From contig JAZGEW010000068.1 in the NCBI GenBank assembly GCA_036478875.1, forward strand, positions 4 to 64,003: a stretch of 64,000 bases of DNA. The letters run 5' to 3'. Below are positions 53,661-62,485 of the stretch, piece by piece. Within the stretch, counting starts at the first letter, position 1. Every line of letters begins with the position of its first letter. Both the position numbers and the translations under genes were made by a program. The DNA comes from Promethearchaeia archaeon (lineage in GTDB: Archaea > Asgardarchaeota > Lokiarchaeia > Sigyniarchaeales > SOKP01). The notes beneath the pieces were generated by a model. The model did no database searches. It was not told the DNA's origin and worked only from the letters and a program-made list of their open reading frames with translations.

Positions 53661-54034
53661 ATTAAATATATTCAATTGTATAACAGCAATAATAAAGAAA
53701 ATTAAATTTAAAAAATGATTATAAATGGATTTAAATATATGGCGGAAGGGATTAAAATTATCTAATGAAAATATTACACGCTTAAGAGATAATGGATTAA
53801 TTCTAATGGAAAATCATTTATGATTGTATATTATGCTTGTAAAAAATTTTATCTTTGTATAATATTATACAAGCTAAAAGGGTGTTTAAAATAAAATCCT
53901 CTTTTATTATAAAAAAATTAAAAGAAAAGTGATAAAATGAACGATTTAAAAAAACAAAATATACTACCATATAATAAACTAAAAATCCTACTTTTTTTAA
54001 TCTTTATAGTTCTAATTTTAGAAATTAGAAAATT

Positions 54035-54787
54035 TTAAAGAAAATTAGGAAATAAATGGTATATCTCTCTCATTTCATCAATATTTATTTGCCCAGGGGC
54101 AGTTTTTTCTTCTAGGGAAGCGTATGTTAAAAATGAACCAATAGTGACACACATAATCCGAGAGAAAATCCCTAGTGTCCCCATACAGAATGAAATTAGT
54201 TTTTGTGCTGAATTAGAGAATTCTTTACATAATCTTAATGGTATTATGTTATCTTCAAAGGTTTGAGCAGTAAAAACAACTTTATAAATATTATTTTGAT
54301 ATATTTTAGGGTTTAGAGATGACTCTTGATTTAATTTATTACTGAAATTTTGAATAAGCTTGATTGTTTCATCAAATTCTATTGTTTTTTCAAAATTATG
54401 GTATGAATAAATTATTTTTACTTCTTTTTCAGAAGCTAAATTAATGATTTCCCATAAGATGTTTTTATTAGTATTCATCTCAAAGTCAATATAATCAGGT
54501 TTAGCCTCTATAAACATTTTCAGGATTTTATAGCGTTCTTTTTGATTTATTTTGATTTGTCCACCTTCAGATGAGTCTCTGAAAGTAAATATCACAGGAA
54601 TATTAGAGGTAATAATAACCATTAATTCCTTTATAAAATCTAACGAAAGTGTTTGAGCATTATTTATATAATCAAATCGTAATTCAATCAGATTAGGATT
54701 TTTTTTTATTGTTTTATCCAAAATCGGTTTTATTTCACTTATATTCGCGGATTTAATTGGAATTGGAATGCAAATATTATATTTCAT
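54035..54787 (-). CDS. aroD: 3-dehydroquinate dehydratase, type I
   Basis: 250 aa with 'NLIELRFDY', 'PVIFTFR' and a later 'FCMG' region consistent with type I DHQase. Confidence 0.7.
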   Translation of the reverse strand: MKYNICIPIPIKSANISEIKPILDKTIKKNPNLIELRFDYINNAQTLSLDFIKELMVIITSNIPVIFTFRDSSEGGQIKINQKERYKILKMFIEAKPDYIDFEMNTNKNILWEIINLASEKEVKIIYSYHNFEKTIEFDETIKLIQNFSNKLNQESSLNPKIYQNNIYKVVFTAQTFEDNIIPLRLCKEFSNSAQKLISFCMGTLGIFSRIMCVTIGSFLTYASLEEKTAPGQINIDEMREIYHLFPNFL

Positions 54788-54823
54788 AATTACAAAATCA
54801 AAAGGGTTATAAAAAAGAAATTT

Positions 54824-55462
54824 CTATATTTCTACTATATTTTTAATATCATCATTAGTATATTTTAATGTGTCTGTGGCATCAACTTTTTTTAGTTTTC
54901 CTCTTTTCTTATAATATTTAATTATAGGTTTCGCATTTTTCTCGTATGCATCTAATCTATTTTTTAATGTTTCTTCATTATCATCACTTCTTTGTTCGAA
55001 TTTAATTTCAGCGCCACATTTATCACATTTTCCTTCCACTTTTGAAGGAAGAGTGTATTTATTGTATATTTCTCCACAGTTTTTACAGCCATATCTGCCC
55101 AATATTCTTTTAAATATAATATCTCTGGAAACTTGTAGTAACAAAAGTAGATCTATTTCAGTTATGTTCTCTAAGAACTCAACTTGATTCATATTTCTTG
55201 GGAACCCATCCAAAATCCATGATTTATCTTTGATCTGTTCTAATCTATCCTTAATTATTTCATTGGTTAGACTATCAGGAACTAATTCTCCCTTATCCAT
55301 ATATTCTTTAGCTTTTAATCCTAATGGAGTTTCATTTTTTAGGTTTTCTCGAAAAATATCTCCTGTACTTATGTGAGTGATATCTGGTAATATTTTTTTT
55401 ATTTGACCAGAAAAAGTTCCTTTACCAGCTCCAGGTGGTCCAAATAATATTATTTTCTTCAT
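54824..55462 (-). CDS. adk: adenylate kinase (long, Zn-lid bacterial/eukaryal type)
   Basis: 212 aa with 'LFGPPGAGKGT', 'ISTGDIFR' and the lid 'CKNCGEIY...CDKCG'. Confidence 0.9.
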   Translation of the reverse strand: MKKIILFGPPGAGKGTFSGQIKKILPDITHISTGDIFRENLKNETPLGLKAKEYMDKGELVPDSLTNEIIKDRLEQIKDKSWILDGFPRNMNQVEFLENITEIDLLLLLQVSRDIIFKRILGRYGCKNCGEIYNKYTLPSKVEGKCDKCGAEIKFEQRSDDNEETLKNRLDAYEKNAKPIIKYYKKRGKLKKVDATDTLKYTNDDIKNIVEI

Positions 55463-55550
55463 GAATTATCACAATATTTTATTTTTAATTTGTAGATAAT
55501 TTAATTAGACATTAATTAAAATTGTTTTGCCAAATTGGATTTACTAAGTT

Positions 55551-56138
55551 TTATCCTGTAAAATATGAATATTCTATTTTTCCTGCTAAATATTCAACAA
55601 TTCGTTTTTCTCTTCGGCTAAATAGGGTTATAAAATCACTCTTTATTGAAGATCCATAATATGAATTCCCAAAAAAAGTATTTGATTTTTTTATTGATTC
55701 AATTAATAATTTTTTATTTCCAATGTGAAGATAAATTGATATGTCATTGATAATTAATATTTTTGTTGGATTCTCGTTGAATAAATTTAATATTGAATAA
55801 GTTTTTTTAAAATTTTTACAAGCGTTATTATAAAGCTCTTTAATATTTTTAGCTTTAAGGCGGGGTGGGATAATTTCTCCTTCAAAGGAAAAGTTATTAC
55901 ATTTAATACAATTTTTATAGAAGTCTTTGATTTTTCCACCAATTTTGATATTATTAATATTACTTTGTGGCGGAGCAAAATCCAAGATACTAATTTCTTT
56001 TGGATCTAAATGCCTTGATTCTAAGAGGAATTGAATAAATTTTGCTGTGTAATAGGTCTTTTTAGTGTTAATTTCTCCGTAAAGAAAAGTCTGATGTCCA
56101 ATAAATTCCTCATAACGTAAAGATGAATTAAATTTCAT
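55551..56138 (-). CDS. hypothetical protein with degenerate P-loop-like N-terminus
   Basis: 195 aa. 'LYGEINTKKTYY' resembles a Walker A motif lacking the second Gly. No other motif was recognised. Confidence 0.4.
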   Translation of the reverse strand: MKFNSSLRYEEFIGHQTFLYGEINTKKTYYTAKFIQFLLESRHLDPKEISILDFAPPQSNINNIKIGGKIKDFYKNCIKCNNFSFEGEIIPPRLKAKNIKELYNNACKNFKKTYSILNLFNENPTKILIINDISIYLHIGNKKLLIESIKKSNTFFGNSYYGSSIKSDFITLFSRREKRIVEYLAGKIEYSYFTG

Positions 56139-56164
56139 AAAACTGAGCAGTTAAGTGTTAATTT

Positions 56165-56746
56165 TTAGAAAAAATCCTCCCATGTTATTCTTGCTTGTTT
56201 TAAAACCATTAGAATTATGAACCCAATAATACATCCCGGAATACAACTTAATGCAAATAATCCCCAATATGTATAAAGGCTCTCAATCGCAAAAATGCTA
56301 CCAATAGGAGCAATTAAATGCCCAATAGTTCCTCCTAAAAAAATTGTTCCCAATGGTTCTGTAAAAGCAGCGAATTCAACATATTTAGGAAATTTTTTAC
56401 GTAAAAAGTGAGATACAATTCCAACTACAAAAGCCCCGGTAATACCTCCATGAAACGCATGAATTGTCCCAATTGCGAATGAAAATCGAAGTATCGCAAT
56501 ACCTAATGCTGTTATACACGAAAAAATTAAACCAAGCAAAACACCAGTTATCGCGTTGATGAAGTGAGCAAAAGGGTTAATTTTTGTCCCGAATATTGTA
56601 AAATATCCAAATGGATTAAGATAACTTAAAACTAATCCAACTGCTATAAAAATTCCTGAAGTAGCTGTTTTTTTATTTATAGAACTTTTTAATGATTTTT
56701 TCTCTTTCTTATCATTGTAAGGTTTCTGTTCATTCATCGTTCTCAC
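56165..56746 (-). CDS. ThiW-like ECF-transporter S-component membrane protein
   Basis: 193 aa with ~5-6 TM helices. 'INPFAHFINAITGVLLG' and 'IHAFHGGITGAFVVG' resemble the ThiW family. Confidence 0.45.
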   Translation of the reverse strand: MRTMNEQKPYNDKKEKKSLKSSINKKTATSGIFIAVGLVLSYLNPFGYFTIFGTKINPFAHFINAITGVLLGLIFSCITALGIAILRFSFAIGTIHAFHGGITGAFVVGIVSHFLRKKFPKYVEFAAFTEPLGTIFLGGTIGHLIAPIGSIFAIESLYTYWGLFALSCIPGCIIGFIILMVLKQARITWEDFF

Positions 56747-56937
56747 TTGTTTTTATCAATTTTTCTTATGTTATTAATTTTGTTTACTTTAGTATTTTTC
56801 AATTAGTTAATAGTTAAATTTCATTAAAGAGATACGAAAGATCCAAGAAATTAAAGAGTTTTAATCTATTGAAGTATTTAAAATCATAAATAATTATTGA
56901 GAGTTTTTCGATTTTTTCAAAAAGCTGTGAATAAATA

Positions 56938-57612
56938 ATGAAAATAGGAACAGAAACAATAAATCCGACAAAGATTATCTGCATTGGCACAAATTACATG
57001 GATCATATAGAAGAAACCGGTTTGAACGTTCCGAAAGAACCAATTCTTTTTCCGAAAACATTAAATTGCTTAATTTCAAATAATGATCCTATAATTTATC
57101 CCAAATTTTTGTATACTCAACGTAAATATAATAGAGTTGATTACGAGGTAGAATTGGCATTTATCATAAAAGATAAATGTAAATACGTTCCAATAAATGA
57201 AGCATACAATCATATACTTGGATATACAGTATTTAATGATGTAACAGCAAGAAAAATGCAAGCTAAAGATATTGTATCAAAATTACCATGGTTTCGATCA
57301 AAATCTTTTGATACTTTTGGTCCAATTGGTCCTAAGATTGTTAATACGGGTGAAATCAAAGATCCACATAATTTGAAAATTGATTTAAAATTAAATGGAG
57401 AAATTAAACAATCATCTAACACTAAACATTTATTATTTAAAATTCCTAAACTCGTAGAGTACATTTCCACTTTTTTCACTCTTGAAGCAGGGGATATTGT
57501 AGCTACAGGGACACCCAGTGGAATTGGACCAATACAACCAGGTGATATCATTGAAGCAACAATAGAAAAAATTGGAACTCTTACAAATAGAGTTGTTTTG
57601 GAAGGTGAATAA
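56938..57612 (+). CDS. fumarylacetoacetate hydrolase (FAH) family protein
   Basis: 224 aa with 'IICIGTNYMDH', 'DYEVELAFII' and 'GDIVATGTPSGIGPIQPGD'. Confidence 0.85.
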   Translation: MKIGTETINPTKIICIGTNYMDHIEETGLNVPKEPILFPKTLNCLISNNDPIIYPKFLYTQRKYNRVDYEVELAFIIKDKCKYVPINEAYNHILGYTVFNDVTARKMQAKDIVSKLPWFRSKSFDTFGPIGPKIVNTGEIKDPHNLKIDLKLNGEIKQSSNTKHLLFKIPKLVEYISTFFTLEAGDIVATGTPSGIGPIQPGDIIEATIEKIGTLTNRVVLEGE

Positions 57613-57621
57613 AGAATTAAT

Positions 57622-58293
57622 ATTAAGATTGGAAATAAAACAATAGAACCAACGAAAATTATTTGTTTGGGGCGAAATTATATAGATCATGCAAAGGAGA
57701 TGAAAGCCCAAATACCAAAAAGTCCAGTTTTTTTCGTAAAAACTGTAAATACTTTGGTGACTGATGGAAATCCAATAATATATCCGAAGTTATTATATAA
57801 TGATACAGAATATAATCGAGTAGATCATGAAGTAGAATTAGCATTTGTAATTTCTAAGACTTGTAAAAATATTCAAGTTGAACATGGGTATGAATTTATT
57901 GAAGGATACTCTGTTTTTCTTGATATAACTGCAAGGAAAATGCAGATTAGTGATAGAAATATCAATTTACCATGGTATAGAAGCAAAAATTTTGATTCCT
58001 TTGGCCCTATTGGTCCGAGAATAGTACCTTTCGATGAGATAAAAGATCCTCATAATTTAAACATTCAGTTAAAAGTTAATGGGGAAACTCGTCAGGAATC
58101 AAATACGAAACATATGATTTTTAAAATTCCAGAAATGTTAGCTTATCTTTCCAAATTTATCACATTAGCCCCCGGAGATATTGTAGCAACAGGTACACCT
58201 AGTGGGGTAGGTCCAATTCAACCAGGAGATAATATTGAAGCTTCAATAGATCAAATTGGAACGATCATCCATAAGGTTATTTTGGAAGAATAA
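57622..58293 (+). CDS. FAH family protein, tandem paralog; conserved N-terminus begins at an ATT codon (first canonical start is TTG 57667)
   Basis: It aligns codon-for-codon with the upstream paralog from ATT AAG ATT GGA (compare ATG AAA ATA GGA). 'IICLGRNYIDH', 'DHEVELAFVI' and 'GDIVATGTPSGVGPIQPGD' are present. Confidence 0.75.
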   Translation: MKIGNKTIEPTKIICLGRNYIDHAKEMKAQIPKSPVFFVKTVNTLVTDGNPIIYPKLLYNDTEYNRVDHEVELAFVISKTCKNIQVEHGYEFIEGYSVFLDITARKMQISDRNINLPWYRSKNFDSFGPIGPRIVPFDEIKDPHNLNIQLKVNGETRQESNTKHMIFKIPEMLAYLSKFITLAPGDIVATGTPSGVGPIQPGDNIEASIDQIGTIIHKVILEE

Positions 58294-58403
58294 AAATAAG
58301 AGGCCTTTATTCAAGTTAACAAAAATTAAGATTTATTTTTATTATCAGAATTTATTTAAACGAGTATTTTCATTATTTTCAGTAGTAGAATATGAGATAA
58401 AAA

Positions 58404-59546
58404 ATGCCGAAAAAAGTATTAATAGCTTCTGAATCAGCTTATCGTAGGAATTTATTATCTGAAATGCTTTCTTCATATATTGATATAACAATAGCGGATA
58501 TTGCGCGAAATGGACAAGAAACAATCAAGATCATAGAAACAAAAGAACTTGATGTGTTAATTCTCGATATTGAGTACAAAAACAAAGAATGGTTAAAACC
58601 ATTTAATCTTTTTATAAAACATTTTAATATTCCAACTATTGTATTAACGGACATAAATCCGAAAGAGGTAAATTCTTTTGAAATACCTCTGATCTCAGAA
58701 TCTTATGATTATATCGTTAAACCTACTGGGGTATGGAAGGATGTACTCCCCGAAATCAAAGAAAAATTAATCTCTAAAGTGCGAACGATAGATATCTCTA
58801 AAATACAGAAAATTGACAGTAAATCAAGGTTATTAACCAAAAATACTTTTATTCAACAAAGTCAGAAAAAGAGAATGAAACCGGATGTTCAAATAAAAGA
58901 AAATCTTGAATCATCAATAGAACATAGAGCTGAAGAGTTTTTTTTAGAGATGACACCAACTACGATAACAAAATTACCTACGAGAGTCGTTGTTATTGGT
59001 GCTAGTGTAGGAGGGCCTAGAACCTTAAGGTCAATTTTAAGTGATATTCCTCGAAATTTTCCTGCCCCAATTTTAGTTGTTCAACATTTAAATCATCTTT
59101 TTATGCGTCAATTTGTGATGTCATTAAAAGATGTATGTAAAATCAATGTAAAAATCGGAATAAATTACGAAGTAATTAATCCTGGCACTATTTATTTTTC
59201 CCCAGGAGATAAACATATGCAAGTTAGTGTAAAAAACAACAAACCCTGCATTCGAACTTTTGAAGGAGAACCTGTCAATTTTTGTAGGCCTTCTGTTGAT
59301 GTATTGTTTCATTCAACAGCACGAGTATATAGGGATAAAACTCTTGGTATTCTATTAACTGGTATGGGATCTGATGGTGCTTCAGGATTGATGGCAATCA
59401 GACAAGGAGGAGGTAAGACAATCGCTGAATCTGAGGAAACGAGTATACTATACGGAATGCCTAAAGTTGCTGCTGAAACTGGTGCAGCAAACCTAATAAT
59501 ACCTAATTATAAAATTGTAGAAGAAATAATTAGATTTGTAAGTTAA
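58404..59546 (+). CDS. cheB: CheB-type protein-glutamate methylesterase with N-terminal receiver-like domain
   Basis: 380 aa. The esterase triad motifs 'IGASVGGP', 'VVQHL' and 'GMGSDGA' are present. The receiver retains 'LILDIEY' and 'VKP', but its first acidic pair reads 'SE'. Confidence 0.8.
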   Translation: MPKKVLIASESAYRRNLLSEMLSSYIDITIADIARNGQETIKIIETKELDVLILDIEYKNKEWLKPFNLFIKHFNIPTIVLTDINPKEVNSFEIPLISESYDYIVKPTGVWKDVLPEIKEKLISKVRTIDISKIQKIDSKSRLLTKNTFIQQSQKKRMKPDVQIKENLESSIEHRAEEFFLEMTPTTITKLPTRVVVIGASVGGPRTLRSILSDIPRNFPAPILVVQHLNHLFMRQFVMSLKDVCKINVKIGINYEVINPGTIYFSPGDKHMQVSVKNNKPCIRTFEGEPVNFCRPSVDVLFHSTARVYRDKTLGILLTGMGSDGASGLMAIRQGGGKTIAESEETSILYGMPKVAAETGAANLIIPNYKIVEEIIRFVS

Positions 59547-59578
59547 ATTTTATTAATGAATACAAATATTTTACCATA

Positions 59579-59764
59579 ATGACCTTAGAAGTTAGTGAAG
59601 AAGTTAAGAAAGAAATATTTCAATTAATAGCAACTCCTGGAATTGAAATTGAGGATATTAGTAAAAAGACCAATTTAGATCATGACACAATCTTAAAGAT
59701 ATTATCTGAAGAATATTTTAAATGTAATTTAGATCATGGTCGAAGATTATGTTGTAGATTTTAA
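59579..59764 (+). CDS. small hypothetical protein, possible winged-helix
   Basis: 61 aa. 'IEDISKKTNLDHDTILKILSE' is HTH-like. Coding status is moderately uncertain. Confidence 0.3.
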   Translation: MTLEVSEEVKKEIFQLIATPGIEIEDISKKTNLDHDTILKILSEEYFKCNLDHGRRLCCRF

Positions 59765-59980
59765 TCTATTCATATTTTAACAAAATTTTTTAACCTTCTT
59801 TCATTCATACAACTACTAAGTTCAAATAATTTTTAAAGGACTTAGGACGTAATAATAAAACGGTTTCAATATAATACAAGATATTGAAATAATTTAAAAA
59901 GATGATAGTGTTTATTTTTATGCTCCTTATCCTTTATAAATCAGAATTGAATTTAAGGATAATTTGAAGACTGAAATAAA

Positions 59981-60475
59981 ATGAGTGAAAAGGGAAAAAT
60001 TATTGTAAAAGCCTTAGTAACAGGAGGAAGTGCTAGTGGTGGACCTCCAATTGGTCCTGCCGTAGGACCTACAGGTATAAATATAAAAGATGTAGTCGAT
60101 GAAATTAACAAACAAACAACAGTATTCAAGGGTTTAACAGTTCCAGTTAGAATTGAATGCGATCCAGAGACAAAGCAATTTGAAATATTTATTGAAACAC
60201 CCTCCACAGCATCACTATTACTTAAAGAATTAGGTGTTGAAAAAGGAAGTTCTACTTGTTCTGAAGAAAAAATCGGTAATTTAACACTTGAACAAGTCCA
60301 GAATGTAGTTGATGCAAAAAAGGATAAATTCTTAGATAAAACATATAAAGCGGCGATAAAAACAGTTTTGGGTACTGCTTTATCAATAGGTTTGACAATT
60401 GAAGGAGAAGATCCAAGAGTTATTCAAAGTAAAATTGTTAATGGAGAATATGATGATAAAATAAGGGGTGAATAG
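59981..60475 (+). CDS. rpl11: 50S ribosomal protein uL11
   Basis: 164 aa. 'GGSASGGPPIGPAVGPTGINIKDVVDEINK' is the canonical uL11 N-terminal domain. Confidence 0.9.
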   Translation: MSEKGKIIVKALVTGGSASGGPPIGPAVGPTGINIKDVVDEINKQTTVFKGLTVPVRIECDPETKQFEIFIETPSTASLLLKELGVEKGSSTCSEEKIGNLTLEQVQNVVDAKKDKFLDKTYKAAIKTVLGTALSIGLTIEGEDPRVIQSKIVNGEYDDKIRGE

Positions 60476-60481
60476 TAAAGC

Positions 60482-61210
60482 TTGAAAGTAGATGATAAAT
60501 TATTAAAAAGATCATTAAATGCTGTTATTGATTTATCTGTAATGAAAAAAGAAGGGTTTAAAGATAAATTGAGAAAATTTGACGAATCAATTGATCTTAT
60601 TATAAATATTAAAGATATAAATCTAAATGATCCAAAAAACAGAATAGATAAAGAAATTATCTTATCGAATGAAGTAATTACAGGGGATAATCCTAATATT
60701 TGTGTAATCGCCTCAGATGAAATCTTGCTCGAAGCGAAAAAACTAGGTGTAGACACACTAGATTCAAATGGTTTGGTAAATTTAAATAATGAGGAGAAGA
60801 AATTCAAGAAAAAATTTGCTAAAAAATATGATTATTTTGTTGTTGAAGATAAAATGATGAGGGATGTTGCCCGATATTTAGCAAGATTTCTCGGACCTGT
60901 TGGTAAAATGCCAAAACCTTTCCCTACAGGATATGGAATTATTTCTAGTCCAGATGATTTAAAGGTGGCTCATGAACGTTATAAAAAGACAATTCGAGTT
61001 CAGATGAAGAAGCAACCTATTATTTTTGTTAAGATTGGTAAAAAATCTATGGACCAGGAAAAATTATATGAAAATATGAAAACAGTTATAAATTTTATCG
61101 CTGATAAAATGCCTCATAAATTCAACAATTTTAAATCTATGTATCTTAAAACAACCATGGGAAAACCTGTAAAAGTAACAGACCAATTCCTAAAAACTAT
61201 TGAGGTGTGA
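60482..61210 (+). CDS. rpl1: 50S ribosomal protein uL1
   Basis: 242 aa with a TTG start. It has 'FDESIDLIINIK' and 'LARFLGPVGKMPKP', and it occupies the operon position after uL11. Confidence 0.85.
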   Translation: MKVDDKLLKRSLNAVIDLSVMKKEGFKDKLRKFDESIDLIINIKDINLNDPKNRIDKEIILSNEVITGDNPNICVIASDEILLEAKKLGVDTLDSNGLVNLNNEEKKFKKKFAKKYDYFVVEDKMMRDVARYLARFLGPVGKMPKPFPTGYGIISSPDDLKVAHERYKKTIRVQMKKQPIIFVKIGKKSMDQEKLYENMKTVINFIADKMPHKFNNFKSMYLKTTMGKPVKVTDQFLKTIEV

Positions 61211-61214
61211 AATC

Positions 61215-62111
61215 ATGACTGAAAACAAACATATTCCACAATGGAAAATTGATGAGATCATTCATTTAATTGATTTATTTAAGACTTATAAAAATGTGGC
61301 GGTAATTGAAGTCGCTCATATAAATGATAAGCAAATTCAGACTATAAGGAGGCTTTTAAGAGATAAAGCAGTATTTCGAATGTCTAAAAAATCGCTACAA
61401 TTACGAGCAATAGAACAATTTAAAAATGAGTCAAAAAAGGAAAACCTTGATGAATTTGCTAACAATATTCCAGGTCAGTCTAGTTTAGTATTTACAAATA
61501 TTGATTTATTTGAATTAAAAAAGATTTTTCATGAAAATGAGTGGATGGTTCCAGCAAAACCAAATGAAATTACTCCAGTAGATATATGGGTTCCAGCAGG
61601 TGATACTGGATTACCTACAGGACAAGTTATTAGTGAATTGAATATGACTTTACGCTTGCCAACAAGAATTATGAATGACACGATACATATTCGAGAAGAT
61701 ACAAGAACCCATAAGGTAGGTGATTTAGTGGATGTTAAACAAGCAGCAGTTTTAAAAAAATTAGGAATTACTCCAATAGAATCATTAATAAAGATTTATT
61801 TTGCGTGGAGTGATGGAGAAATTATCCCCGAAGAAATCTTATATATGGATATGGAACAATTCAAACAAGATGTCGTTACAGCCTATAGACAAGCACTAGG
61901 AATTCTATTCGAAATGCCTAATTTCTTTGAAGATATGACGGAAGATTATATTCGAAAAGCAGCTTCTGAAGCCAATATTTTAAATACTATCATTTTCGGA
62001 GAAGGAATCATAGTTCCAACACAAGAGGAAGAGCCTCAAGTTGAAGAAAAAGAGCCAGAAGTGGAAAAAGAAGAGAAAGAATCTGTTGGTATTGGAGGTT
62101 TATTTGGATAA
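61215..62111 (+). CDS. rplP0: 50S ribosomal stalk protein uL10 (P0)
   Basis: I prefer the ATG at 61215 to the TTG at 61200. 'IPQWKIDEI' is present, along with the acidic/Glu-rich C-terminal tail ending 'GIGGLFG', which is typical of archaeal P0. Confidence 0.85.
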   Translation: MTENKHIPQWKIDEIIHLIDLFKTYKNVAVIEVAHINDKQIQTIRRLLRDKAVFRMSKKSLQLRAIEQFKNESKKENLDEFANNIPGQSSLVFTNIDLFELKKIFHENEWMVPAKPNEITPVDIWVPAGDTGLPTGQVISELNMTLRLPTRIMNDTIHIREDTRTHKVGDLVDVKQAAVLKKLGITPIESLIKIYFAWSDGEIIPEEILYMDMEQFKQDVVTAYRQALGILFEMPNFFEDMTEDYIRKAASEANILNTIIFGEGIIVPTQEEEPQVEEKEPEVEKEEKESVGIGGLFG

Positions 62112-62184
62112 AAATTAAGATTTTTTAAATTTCAATTAAATTAACAAATATAATGAGAAAAAAATATAAAAGAGGTTAGAAAAT

Positions 62185-62472
62185 ATGGAAAGTATTTATG
62201 CAGCTTTATTACTCCATAAAGTTGGAGGTAAAATTACCGAAACAAGCGTAGAAAAGGTATTAACTGCCGCAGGTGCAAAAGTTGATAAAGCAGAAATCAC
62301 CAAGCTGATCGGTGGATTAAAAGGAACAAAGATTGAGGATATTATAAAATCTGCTAGTGTTGTACCCGTAGCTGCTGCCCCAGTAGGAGGAGTTGTAGAG
62401 AAGAAAAAAGAAAAGAAGAAAAAAGAGGAACCAGTAGAAGAAGAACCTACGGGTATTGGAAGTCTTTTTTAG
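62185..62472 (+). CDS. rpl12: 50S ribosomal stalk protein P1 (aL12)
   Basis: 95 aa with 'MESIYAALLLH', an Ala/Pro/Val hinge, a Lys/Glu-rich region and a C-terminal 'GIGSLF'. Confidence 0.85.
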   Translation: MESIYAALLLHKVGGKITETSVEKVLTAAGAKVDKAEITKLIGGLKGTKIEDIIKSASVVPVAAAPVGGVVEKKKEKKKKEEPVEEEPTGIGSLF

Positions 62473-62473
62473 G

Positions 62474-62485
62474 TTTTTTTTTTTT
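62474..62485 (+). terminator. oligo-T (T12) archaeal-type terminator after the stalk operon
   Basis: A run of 12 T begins 2 nt after the P1 stop codon. Confidence 0.5.

Larger units (their letters stand above)
43891..54034. other. accessory island (defence- or mobile-element-like) between aroK and aroD
   Basis: This ~10 kb stretch is flanked by shikimate-pathway genes. It contains only uncharacterised ORFs, several with nuclease-type motifs (HEPN-like, PD-(D/E)xK, PIN). The left ~1.8 kb is visibly GC-richer and holds broken genes. Confidence 0.5.

Noticed and set aside
43888-53720. Direct repeats at the island borders (for example TAAATTTAAA on both sides) as att sites
   Set aside because: Only AT-only ~10-mers are shared. 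These are expected by chance in spacers of this composition, and no integrase is present to support them.
53855-53872. 18-nt perfect palindrome TTGTATAATATTATACAA in the right island border spacer
   Set aside because: It is almost entirely A/T and lies in an AT-rich spacer. It cannot be distinguished from chance, and no associated gene or repeat partner was seen.
57076-57844. Several 61-113-aa minus-strand ORFs over the FAH genes
   Set aside because: All are antisense to the two FAH-family genes, which have strong conserved motifs.
60424-60807. 127-aa minus-strand ORF across the uL11/uL1 junction
   Set aside because: It is antisense to two unmistakable ribosomal protein genes, and its Ser/Phe-rich translation is a shadow ORF.
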